A DNA stretch of 63,184 nucleotides, the filler included, from Asterionella formosa (taxonomy: Eukaryota), in assembly GCA_002256025.1 (NCBI GenBank). It is 26 parts of 26 records of this genome, joined end to end, with 100 filler letters (N's around TTAATTAATTAA, not from the genome) between each part and the next. Parts side by side here need not be neighbours in the genome. Positions count along the whole stretch, not along the records: positions 11,817 to 12,897 come from NKIB01004466.1; positions 12,998 to 14,078 come from NKIB01004467.1; positions 14,179 to 31,556 come from NKIB01004468.1; 23 more parts are not named here. One strand, given 5' to 3'. Below, piece after piece: positions 12,126 through 23,007 of this stretch (within the stretch, counting starts at the first letter, position 1; each line of letters begins with the position of its first letter). Both the position numbers and the translations under genes were made by a program. The notes beneath the pieces were generated by a model. It did not search any database. It saw nothing but the letters and a program-made list of their open reading frames with translations, and had not been told where the DNA came from.

Positions 12126-14178
12126 AACTGGGGATACCGGTAATGAAATTGCTGGCAGTGATGGTGCATCTACAACGCCGATTATTGGTACAGCTGCAAG
12201 AAAAAAGGCTAGTCAATTATGATCACCCAAATTAATTTTTTAGGTGGCTCAATATGATGAATTTGGCTAGGTACATAATTTAAGGGTATGTCACCACATA
12301 TAACATGTGATGCATCACATAATATATATGTTAAGAGTGAACTTAAATAGTTTCGACAACTTCCATAATTATTTTAGAAACCCACACAATTTTTGGGGCC
12401 AACTAACAATATTTTTGTATGTCTGATCACATAATTTCTGGATCAATGACCGCGATTTTTGTTCGCAACTATCAACTATTATTTCTATGAACGAGCAAAG
12501 CAAAATGGAAATACTACTGCAATATTAATATTTTTGTTGCATCTAATAGAACTATATTTACATTCATGACTAGCTAGTGACACTGCTAATACGAGTGGTT
12601 GCATAAATTGCTGAACAGCATGCTGATATCACTGCTTTGCTTGCTTGTGTGGGCAATCTTCCAATCATTCTCCCACAACTTTCTATCCAAAGAAAACAGC
12701 ATTAGCTGCTGTAACACTGGCATCTGGCTGATTGTAGTTGGCTGACAAGCAAAGATTCCTGAAAATAGGTAGGGGAGATATAAAAGCAATATGTTAGAGT
12801 GGCTTAATTGATAACAACAATGATAAACACGCAAAACTATCTTGTTCTTACCTCGTTTTGCTATATCTGAGCTTCCACGCATAATTTTCAATTCTGTNNN
12901 NNNNNNNNNNNNNNNNNNNNNNNNNNNNNNNNNNNNNNNNNTTAATTAATTAANNNNNNNNNNNNNNNNNNNNNNNNNNNNNNNNNNNNNNNNNNNNTGC
13001 TCATGCTCATGCTCGAGGCATAAATTCACGCCTTGTATCATTTGTCATTGTGGATTCTTTTTAGCAGGAGTGCGATGAGCCTTGGCTTTGCAGAACTTTT
13101 TCAAAAGCGACTGCTGTGAGAGCCACACCTCCTCGTCATTGCGTTGTTGCTACACAACCACGTCGTCTTCGTGTTATCCTTTGTTGTATCTTTTTGAATG
13201 CACATTCAAATACAAATGCAAGAAACGTTGGCCTTTTTGGAACTTTGCTATAGATGCTCCACAAGATTGCAAACATGAACCTTTCCGTTGCAGACGACGA
13301 CACAAAGGTTTTCAGGCCTGTCAATCGATGAAAATTGGTTGATAATTATGGCATACAAAGCGGTTTTGTGACTGCTCATCATCGCATGGCGGCTGCTCTG
13401 AATCCTAAAAGGACAGAGGATGACATGATATCCTTTCATCATGATGCATGCAAAATGGTACTATTTTGAATCTCTGGCCCAAATTAAACCTGAAACCGGG
13501 TTCAGCATTGCACAGCTGAATTTTCTTCAATTGAATCTGCCGTGGGGCTTGCCAAACTATAGGAGCATGAAAAAAATGATGGACAAGGAATGCTGAACAG
13601 CATTGTTCCAACATTTGTAGTACTGCCATGGGGGCTCATCCTGATGTGCAATGTGCAGAGATTCCTGACATTGCACAAGCATCTGTTCCCAATCAGATCG
13701 CTATGAAAGAGGGCTATTCTTGAATGCATCTTTTGATTGAGTTTTACCATGCAGCTTTCCGGCAACATGGACTTCAGATGCTCCATCATTTTCTACCACT
13801 GCAAACTTTGCTAACAAAGATAATGCTATGTGAATATTGAATTTTACTGTTACCTTCAGAGGTAAAGGAATCAATTTCCGGAGGGTTAATGAAGTGTCTG
13901 GAGATGTCAGCTGCTCTCTCTGGTGGAATCTAGGCATATGAAGTTTTTCAGTGGATAGGTTCAATCAATTGACCACTGGTGGAGGGTGAGACAAGCCTGT
14001 ACTTGTTGATATAATGTCTGCCGGAAAATTTCTGGGCATTGCATCAGCTGCAACACCAAACAGTACAAAAAATCATTGNNNNNNNNNNNNNNNNNNNNNN
14101 NNNNNNNNNNNNNNNNNNNNNNTTAATTAATTAANNNNNNNNNNNNNNNNNNNNNNNNNNNNNNNNNNNNNNNNNNNN

Positions 14179-15136
14179 AATCAGCTACAAAATGGCGCTC
14201 GGCTTGACGATCGAGGGTTTCAAGATGCGTTTTCAACTCGTCCACCTCAATGACTGTTCGTTTCTTTCGTGTTCTCTTCTTCTTCCGCCCACGTTGGGCA
14301 TTGCTACTGGGAGGCTCGCCTTCGTCGTCATTTTCGTCTTCAGATGGAGAACCTAACTCACTAGGATCTTGACTATAGAGCAACTCCTCCACTTCTTCGT
14401 TCCAACGAACAGCATTGCCAGATCGCCTGTTAAAAGCATCCAACGACGACGACCGTCTTAGCAGAGGCGTTGTGGACTCCGACTTTGTCACGTGGATGAC
14501 ATTGATAGAAACATCCTCGGTCTTCAATCCATTGGTATCATAAGCCACCCTCCACGTTGGATTGCTGAGAATTTCATAGGCCATGCTGATGGCCTGAAAG
14601 CGCAGTTTGGCAATCTCGGAGACCGACCCGCCAACAGACGAGGACGCGGTATGACGACGAGTATCCTGATTCTCGGCGAGAACTTGACGACCTCGTCGAA
14701 AGTACGCAATTCGCGTGTCTCTGGGAGAAGAGGTTCTAGGAATTTCCAAAACATGTTCGTAAAGATCGGCAGCCGGACCGAACGCAGCTGTAATGACATG
14801 AACATAAGATGTCGGAATAGCACCGGAATAGGAATCGGCAGATTCAACAGTACTCGGAGTTCGTTTCTCGGGAGAACCGAAAGCAGCTCGTGGTTTGGAT
14901 GGCGTCACAACTCGAACAGGTGGTACATGGTCGCCAGGACTGCGGGATGAATCGCGTTTGCTGGGCCGCACTTCGGCCTGCTGCATTGCTGTTTGGTGCG
15001 AAGGGCTGCCCAAGTTCTTTTCCTTTCTACGCCTACTCGTCGAAACCCCTCCGTCCGCAGAATCCCAGTCGTTGTCGTCGTCGTCGGGTGTTGGAGTCGC
15101 CCATGGGCGGGACGGCACTACTAGGTTTGAAGGCAT
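14179..15136 (-). CDS. J-domain-like (DnaJ-related) protein lacking HPD; 3' end truncated by the contig edge
   Basis: DLYEHVLEIPRTSSPRDTRIAYFR...KLRFQAISMAYEILSNPTWRVAYD matches the J-domain helices. Confidence 0.75.
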
Positions 15137-15682
15137 GACAGTCGATTCCGCGCTCCGACAGATTGGATCTGCTTGTGACTTATTTCGAAGTTGGTGCCGC
15201 TATGCTATCTTCTTTGCTTGCCTGTTTCTCTTCCTGAGGGAGCTCTGACAATATATTCACTTCCAGTTTGAAGTTGTCGCACTGAGCAAAACGGAGAGCA
15301 AGCTGTTGACAACGAACACTAATGTATTGTGACAGCGACGTTCGACGTTCGACGTTCTTTGCCGTTGTCAAGAAATGATAGTACTTCACACCAATTGTCT
15401 GGTGCGCACCTCATCTGATTTGGTACCGGTAGTCACCGTGGCTTAGAACAGCGTACCCCAGTACCGATGGTTCATTTTTCAAAATTTGGTGCATTGGGTG
15501 GACCTTCCGTTGACTGCGCATGCCGAGCTATTTTCGTGGCGGCATTCTCACTATTTTTTTCCTAATTCTGACCTTCGAGTCAGCCAGTAAGTACCTGGCA
15601 CCAGGTACCTGGTTGCCTTGTGAGTTTTATGAACTTGGCGCTACAAAGTATGCCGCTACCAGTGTGCCGGTATACATATTAA

Positions 15683-17200
15683 ATGGCGCTCAGTTATCCT
15701 TACGGAGCGATGAAGCACGAAGAAAGGTCACTTGGCATCACCATGTCAACGGCATCGAGTTACGTGGAGACCACAGGATTATTGCGAGGATCCGTTGACA
15801 CTCAGCTAGAAGACTTTGACGAGAATGCAACCTCAACGTCGCCTTTTGTTGAGCGCCTATTTGAGACAATACAACCCAACCATCCTTTACAAAAAGAAGC
15901 GACAGGGTGGGGCATGGATGCTGCTGCAAAGGGACCTCTGCATGCATCCGCTGCATTTCTTGGCCCAGCTTTGATCCACTTGGCCACGGCATCAGCCCGC
16001 AGCAACTGCCCTGACTGCAACGATCAAGATTTATATATTTACTTTCAATTCATAAAGCCATCCGGTATTCTAGCGATTTCGAGCATGTTTGTGACATTCG
16101 TCGCGGCCATCACGTTGCCGTTTTGGGGGACTATGATTGATTATTCGCCGTATCGAAAGCGAATTGGTGCCATAACGGCGGCTCTCTTGATGGTCTGCAA
16201 TGCTATCCCGATATTTCTATCCGCTGACACGTGGCTCGTGGTATTGATATCTCAGACCATTCTAGACTACATATATCTTCTCCACAATGTTATCATGATG
16301 GCCTACCTCCAGAATTTGACTACAGATCAGACAATGTTGGCTACTTATACGACCCGATTTACCATTCTTCAGTCTGCCTTCGTAGCAGGTTACATGCTAC
16401 TGCTGATAGGGTACGCATCATATTTTTCTGCCAGCAACATGGAAATGTCTAGAGTAGCACACATTATTTCTCTTTTGAACGGATCATTCCTACTTTATTA
16501 TGCTTGGAGGTTTTTGTTGAAAGAACGACCTCGGCTCCATGACAAACCTCGTGGAGATTCGCTACTCGCCACTACTGTGACTGAACTTCGTACCACTAGT
16601 TTACATATCTGGACGCACCTTCCTTCTCTTAAATGGTTTTTATTGACTTTGTTGTTCAGCCCCGACGCTGGTTCTGGAACTTCTCGCGGGATGATGGCGA
16701 CATTCATGGTATCGTGTCTTCATATGGAGGCCTCTCAAATTGGATTGGCCACCTTCATCACTCTCCTTTGCACCATTCCTGGTGGATACATTTCTAAATT
16801 CCTCTGTGTCAGGTTCAACCCGCTCCTTAGTTTTCGCCTCTGCCTCGTTACATGGGCAACAGCTATCGGTATGTGTGCATGGCTCGTCCAAGGCCCCGAC
16901 GAATTCTACCTTTTTCTGTTTTCGTGTGCCTTGTGGGGATGCTGCCTTGGTTGGCTCGTCCCCACCCAGCGAGTCCTGTTTTGCGTATTGACACCATCCG
17001 GAAAAGAGACAGAAATGATGGGTGTGGTATTTTGTTGTCATAATCTCCTTGCGTGGTTGCCTCCCCTGGTATTTGGAGCACTAGTGAAGGACGTGCGGGC
17101 GGCGTTGGGGTCGCAAGTCCTATTTTTTGTGTTGGCATTGGGACTATCCATTGGGGTTGGAACATACGAAGGTGCCATACAACAAGCGAAAAACGGATGA
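15683..17200 (+). CDS. MFS transporter, Atg22/UMF1-like family
   Basis: 505 aa with about 11-12 hydrophobic segments. Motifs include GWGMDAAAKGP, LPFWGTMIDYSPYRKR and PSGKETEMMG. The start codon is uncertain among three nearby ATGs. Confidence 0.8.
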   Translation: MALSYPYGAMKHEERSLGITMSTASSYVETTGLLRGSVDTQLEDFDENATSTSPFVERLFETIQPNHPLQKEATGWGMDAAAKGPLHASAAFLGPALIHLATASARSNCPDCNDQDLYIYFQFIKPSGILAISSMFVTFVAAITLPFWGTMIDYSPYRKRIGAITAALLMVCNAIPIFLSADTWLVVLISQTILDYIYLLHNVIMMAYLQNLTTDQTMLATYTTRFTILQSAFVAGYMLLLIGYASYFSASNMEMSRVAHIISLLNGSFLLYYAWRFLLKERPRLHDKPRGDSLLATTVTELRTTSLHIWTHLPSLKWFLLTLLFSPDAGSGTSRGMMATFMVSCLHMEASQIGLATFITLLCTIPGGYISKFLCVRFNPLLSFRLCLVTWATAIGMCAWLVQGPDEFYLFLFSCALWGCCLGWLVPTQRVLFCVLTPSGKETEMMGVVFCCHNLLAWLPPLVFGALVKDVRAALGSQVLFFVLALGLSIGVGTYEGAIQQAKNG

Positions 17201-17836
17201 TGTATTACATTGCTTATAGGTGATTTGGCATTATGACTTGAAAATCTTGGTTGTATAGCAATCGATGGTGCCCGACACTTTTCACGCGGAAATGATAATG
17301 GTGTGTTGTGATTGTAGAATGCTGCTATTTTGACGTGACTTGATGCTTCGCTCAATCCTTGCAGCTTATTCATACTTTCTACTAACCCGTTTGAGCGGAG
17401 TACCGGCAATGCACTAATAGTCGGTGCAGCTGCACAGTAACTCCACAAAATGGTACGATACGGTTGCTGTTGTTCGTATTATACTACTAGTGGCTGCCGT
17501 TTACCACTGGTAGTCTAGCCTACTATAAGGAAGCTTTTGCGGAGTTGAGTGCTCAGTGGAAGCCCATGGAGTGCTAGTACATAAAGGGAGCAGACGAAAG
17601 CTAATCACACAAACAGTCTTGGCGAATTTCCTACATTCACAAGCCCAATAGAATCATTAATGTTCCAAAATTAGTAGAAAATCAATTCCCTTCTCCACGA
17701 TCCACTAAACATCTAGAAATTGGGAAGTAGGAAAGAAGCAAGGCGTCATGAGGTCAACAGAATGTTTCTATAACTCTATATGACGCCGGGCTATTTCTTG
17801 TCAATTTCCTTCGACCACGCTGGCGGAAGTTAAAAT

Positions 17837-18726
17837 CTAAAGCTTGAGGTTGCCAGACAAGCTTCCCACAAGTGTGAAGAGTCCAAAGACAGTAATGAAA
17901 AGGAGCTGGAAGCGGTCCGCACTGAGTCCAAATGCGAACTGCTCTGCAACAATATCGGACCGGATGGTGGACTTGTCAGCGGCACTCTTGGCAGATCCAG
18001 TCAAGAAGGTAGGAATGGTCTTGCGCTGTTTGCGCTCAAGCTCCGTCAAACCATCATCGAATGCAAATTCACTGCCGGCAAGCTTGGCCTTACGATCGGC
18101 CGCGGCAGCAGCGTAGAAGGCAGGGTCGCGCTTGATCTGGAGGGCTGGGTTCGAGAAGTCAGGGACAGTGAGGTATTTGGGTGGTGCCTTGTTTCCTCCT
18201 CCTGAGATTTTGGCAAATGGCTTCCAGTTCTCGGATTGTCTCGAGAATGAAGGGTATCCCTGGCTGGCAGGGGCGGTACGCTATAGACGAGAGTATGATG
18301 AATGAGACGACGCTTCAACGTGGAGGATCACGTCACACCACCAAGCAAACAAGCAGGCATAGGCCGACGGTCAGTGTCAGTTTCCACCTTTTACGCCACG
18401 GCACTTACCACAGCAGCGGCCTTGACAACAACCTTGGCAACTGGCTTGGGAACAACTTTCTTGGCAACAGGTTTGGGGGCAACAGGCTTGGGCGCAACCT
18501 TCGCGACAACGACCTTCTTGACGGGTTCGGCTTTCTTGACAGGGGCAGCCTTGGCAACGACCTTGGCTGGTGCAGCCTTGACGACCTTCTTCACTGGGGC
18601 AGCCTTCGCCACTGGCTTGGTGGCAACAGCTGGCTTCTTGCCGACAGCGCGGGTAGCCAGAGGGGCAAAGCCTTCAGTGACCGCAAAAGCACAGGCAAGG
18701 ACAATGATAGCGGCGGAGGTCTTCAT
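17837..18726 (-). CDS. Uncharacterised plastid-targeted protein with a Lys/Ala/Pro/Val-rich N-terminal region and a C-terminal TM helix; exons 18726-18409 and 18280-17837
   Basis: A signal peptide is followed by TEG|FAP (ASAFAP-like). The GTAAGT donor at 18408 and TAG acceptor at 18281 join in phase 0. Exon 2 is open to TAG and ends DRFQLLFITVFGLFTLVGSLSGNLKL. Confidence 0.85.
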
Positions 18727-19146
18727 GTTCGAAGCTGTTCAATTTGCAAAATAACACTGTTGCTTTACTTACAATTCGAGGGATACACCTAAGTTCGTCA
18801 ACGTGCGGTTTACAAATCATGCTATTCTTGAAGGCAAATCTTTTCCATCGCTTGTACTAGGCATCACGTTGGATTGTACTGTACGTGGAGAGCGTGCCAC
18901 CAGCCAACGAATGGGAGCCACTCGCTAGTGATGGATCACTTCACTTTACAGGCCCAACAATATCGCAGCGAAGTGGAAGTGGAAGTTGTCAATCTGCCGA
19001 TCTTATCGTCTGCAATACGTGCGTGTTGAAGGTATCAACAAGCGCAACAATCAAGGCGGGCGGCGACATGGACATCCTCATGTAGCGTGATAAAAATCTT
19101 GGCAATAATAGCTGTCACTCTCTACTTTGCAACTGATCCGTTTACC
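18727..19146. promoter_or_regulatory. Putative bidirectional promoter (420 bp) between two plastid-targeted genes
   Basis: Divergent ATGs lie at 18726 (-) and 19147 (+). Confidence 0.6.
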
Positions 19147-19873
19147 ATGAAGCTTTCTGCCGTTGTCTTTGCCCTCTGCGCCGTCTCTGCTGCTGCCTTC
19201 GCTCCATCAAGTGTCGAGGTAGGTTAGAAGTGAGGATCAGCGCACTTACGGACTCACGGGAACCTGTCTGTCTGATCGATCGGAATTGGACTCGACAGTT
19301 GGCTGCATAACGTAACGTAGCGTTGCCTTGCCTTGCCAAGTACCATTAGAGATTGCCGAACTCTTTGCTTACCCATATCCTTGTTCCTTCCTCTAGCGCA
19401 CTAGCACTGTGTTGAGCGCCGTCGACCGCCGCGCCGCGTTCGGACAGATCGCCGCAGGAGCATTCGCTGTTGTTGCTGCTCCTGGCCTGGCCTCTGCTGA
19501 TGGTGCTGTCTCTACTGCGACCATCACCAAAGCAAGGATCAAGTATGGTTCCCGCATCGCAAACTTGAAGAAGGCCGTCGAAGCTGGAGATTTTGGCGCC
19601 GTCGCTGCGGAAAAGGCAGCATTCATTCTTTTCAACTCGGGCGCTTACCCAACTGCCAAGAGTAAGCCTGCCAAGGCCAGCGCCATTTCTGGCACCAATG
19701 CTATCTTTGCTGCCATTCGTGCTGGCGACAAAGCCGCTCTCAAGAGCGCCTATGATGCATACGTTTCGAGCAACGAGATCACGCCCCTTCCTATTCCCGC
19801 TGGTGGACAGTCGTATGCATCTGACTTTGGATACTATGTTCGTACTCCCTCTGCTGCCATTTACCAACGTTAA
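19147..19873 (+). CDS. psb31: Photosystem II extrinsic lumenal protein Psb31; exons 19147-19218 and 19397-19873
   Basis: The presequence is MKLSAVVFALCAVSAAA|FAP, with a GT-AG intron in phase 0 and a twin-Arg DRRAAF...ASA lumen signal. The mature protein reads DGAVSTATITKARIKYG...FILFNSGAY...AIYQR. Confidence 0.85.
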
Positions 19874-20039
19874 ATGTCACGGAACTGCCTAGTTTATACT
19901 TCGTGTGCTTGTAAAATTCTATGGGACACTTTGAAGTTAGCATCTTCTACCAGATCTCAGAGTAGCTTCTTTAGTCAATTCGTGAAATGACCGCGGAATC
20001 TGGACTTAGTTTTTTCTGAATCAAGTTTCTCTACTATAA

Positions 20040-20969
20040 TTATGCACCATCAGTACCAGAAAGCTGTTCCTCTAGTGCTTTGACATCACCAAGTTCCCAT
20101 ACCTTCAGAATACGACCATCTTTACATGTAAATTCAGCAGCTCCCATCCAAGCCACTAGCTGACCAGTGGGAGGATATCCCAATAGTGGTCCATCATGTC
20201 GGCCAGTAAACCGCATTCGAGCAAATGCCTTGTTTCCTTCGACCACCATACTATGGATTTCGCAATGATAGTCTGTTAGAGCTTCGCGTATAGTTCTATA
20301 CATGTATAATGCATATATTTTTTGCAAAGGGAAGACCGAAATAGAGAAATGTTAGTTGGTGCAGGGACGAACAAAAGGAAGGGTGGAAAATTGCATGGAA
20401 GGTAATCGTAACTAATAAAGGAGATCCGGCAAATAAACAAACGAAAATATTGCTGAAACAACTTACGACACCATTCGAGCAAATCCTTCATGACCAACTC
20501 GGTCCAAACCAACGGATCCATTAAAGCGTAGACCACGATGACAGACTTCAGGAATTAATTCTAAATCCCCTCGGTTCCAAATATCAGCCACAAACTTTTT
20601 AACCAGCTCACGAGTGCAGACACTCTTTTTTGCTTGCTCTTGGAGATCTGTGCCAAGTGCAATATGATGTGAGATACTGCCCTGCGATTCTCCCAAAGTT
20701 CGGTCAGGAGCACCTTTTAATGAGCTTTTTTCTGCCGCATGTTTTGGTGCTTCAAGCTGAGGCGATTCCACGGACGTTAGTGTAATAGATGATCTAGATC
20801 CTTCAATAGTTCCGATTTGCTGTTGCAAATAACCGGGTGGTAGATCGAGTCTTCCGTCATATGGTTGAAATGGCCCACTATTCCAGTGTTCTTCTGGCGG
20901 AGCTTTTTTGGGAGAATGTCCATCTTTCATTTTGTGCCTGCTGCTGCCACTACGAAACATTTTCTTCAT
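20040..20969 (-). CDS. SnoaL-like (NTF2-fold) ester/polyketide cyclase family protein; exons 20969-20467 and 20295-20040
   Basis: The protein reads LVKKFVADIWNRGDL...YHCEIHSMVVEGNKAFARMRFTGRHDGPLLGYPPTG. A GTAAGT...TAG intron in phase 2 restores the frame. Confidence 0.85.
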
Positions 20970-22454
20970 TATATTTGAGATGGATGCTGTATTCTCTAAT
21001 AGGACTATACAGGGGCAAGAACTGGCTTGCTAAAGAAGAAAAAGTCGAGCGATGGCGAAACAGACTCTGTGCAATCGCTTCAGGAATCTTATAAAGAACG
21101 AGAACGGACAACGCTCGTCATTTCATTTGCCACTCGCAATCTCCGTATTGTATGTGCCTTGTCCTCCCCGGCGCTGTTTTTTGTTAATCGATATGTACCG
21201 GTAGGCTACAATGGAGTATGTACATAACAGGTATTTACATGGTGCGATAAATCTAGCTTTCGTCTCTGCATTTTACAATGGTTTCTACCTGGTCCCCTGG
21301 TACTCCCTCTGCGTGAAAACAATTGCGTCAAATCGCCGGCACCAGTAGTGCCAAGAATCTTATTTTAGGACTGATTACATACAACATACCAATTTTCTAC
21401 GTGAACCTAGGCTTACTAGGAAAAATGAGTCTTTTTAATTTTTTTATGAGAAGCTATTTACACGTGAGTAGAAACTTACAATCACTAGCGGTACCGGTGT
21501 TGAATAATTAGCATCTGAATAAAATACCGGTATTCGAAAACAATTTAATATGCATGAGTTGAAAAAGAGATTCCTGATTCCAGATCAGGTTCTGATAGTG
21601 TCAATATTTTCCCCTCTCTAGTGACCTGATTAGGAACATGTACCACAATCCAATAGATGATTGATTCAAGGAAACATGGTTAAATATCATGTGCTAAATA
21701 CCAGATTTAAGAGAGGAACTTTCATGAAAAGTTCTCTCTAACTTTTTAAATGAACTCTGGAGGGCGATCAGACCTAGAGGTCAAATCAATAAATGATTGA
21801 CTAGACAAATACAGATATGTCCGCAAAATCAAGGAACATAAAAGAAGGAAATTAGATCTGAACTAATTATGATTAACATGATCATTCTGTGAGCAGTCGT
21901 TGATCAAACAGCATCTGGCGTATGTCAACATAGGTCAAGACGATGAGACATACAATGTGTATTTACGAAGAGGATGCAGTTTATTCTCAGTTCAAGTTGG
22001 GAACACAAATGAACCTTGTCTCTGAAGATTACCTCTATTTTGAAACATGCATATGCTTTTGGAAGTTTCAAAATAATACATTCAAATTTACATTTACATT
22101 AAGCTCACTCTTTCATAAAAGCAACAATTAGCAAACAAAGTAAAACAAACAAATTGTATAGAAACATTTTTCTAGCAACTTTTACTGGGTGCGACCTACA
22201 GATTCGTAGCATCTACCAAGTACACATATGCATTGAGTACATCTATGTATTGCCAAATGCTGTTTTACATCGGCCAGCCACCAAAATATTTGCGGGAAAT
22301 GGAATAAAACAATTCACAATCAAAACAAAAGCATGACGAGAATAACTTTCGTTTGGTTTACTTTCTATGGTTTTTGCACTTACATGGAACATATTGCCGG
22401 ATATTTAACGGTTACAATCCTCAAAACGAGCATACCATCATTGCCATTTGGGGG

Positions 22455-22560
22455 TTGCACATTCCATAATCGAACGCAAGTTACTGTTTTCCTACTGTTA
22501 TATTGTACTTCGTTTGTATGTTGAGAATAGATCATACATATACGTTTTGCTCGAGATAGC
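22455..22560 (+). repeat. Diverged dispersed repeat family B (second copy inverted at ~38745-38840)
   Basis: Both copies share TGTATGTTGAGAAT.GAT and flanks. Their pseudo-translations align: VAHSIIERKLLFSYCYIVLRLYVENR vs VAQSIVKGKLLLFYCSILLLMYVENR. Confidence 0.6.
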
Positions 22561-23007
22561 CATCATAAGTGAAAATCGAAAAAGCCAAAAAACTTTTTTG
22601 ATATGTGGTTACCAATTTTACACGTATTACATCTATATATTATACATGGAGCTGGGGGAATAGCTTACCGCCCAGGTCAATCATACGAACAACAATCATA
22701 ACAACAACAACAACAACAACAACAGTAATAATAATAGCAATTAACACCCACAACAAGTTTATTTTCTAGATGAATCAACACCAAGTGCCAAGCATTTCAA
22801 CACATTAAATTTGCTTCAATCCAAATGCAGCATGACCACTATTTCAACAAATCAGTCATCCGCTAACTGCACATATGCACAGCAAGATGCCAATAGATGT
22901 GGTATGCAAGGCCCATAGTATCAGGTACGAGATAGTGTATACTCCAGAGTAGGACATTGGACCTCTGCCAAGCCGATAAAGATCGGAAATGTACGTAATA
23001 TACATGA

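Noticed and set aside
12998..14078. Decayed transposase gene
   Set aside because: It looks like eroded coding sequence, but no catalytic motif is recognisable. The same applies to 3547-4628, 5911-6991, 25700-26467 and 34017-35096.
18181..18792. Plus-strand ORFs of 203 and 150 aa
   Set aside because: They are antisense shadows of the repetitive Lys/Ala-rich exon, which has the signal peptide and splice sites.
19409..19873. PsbQ assignment
   Set aside because: The DGAVS start, FILFNSGAY and AIY.R end fit Psb31 rather than PsbQ/PsbQ'.
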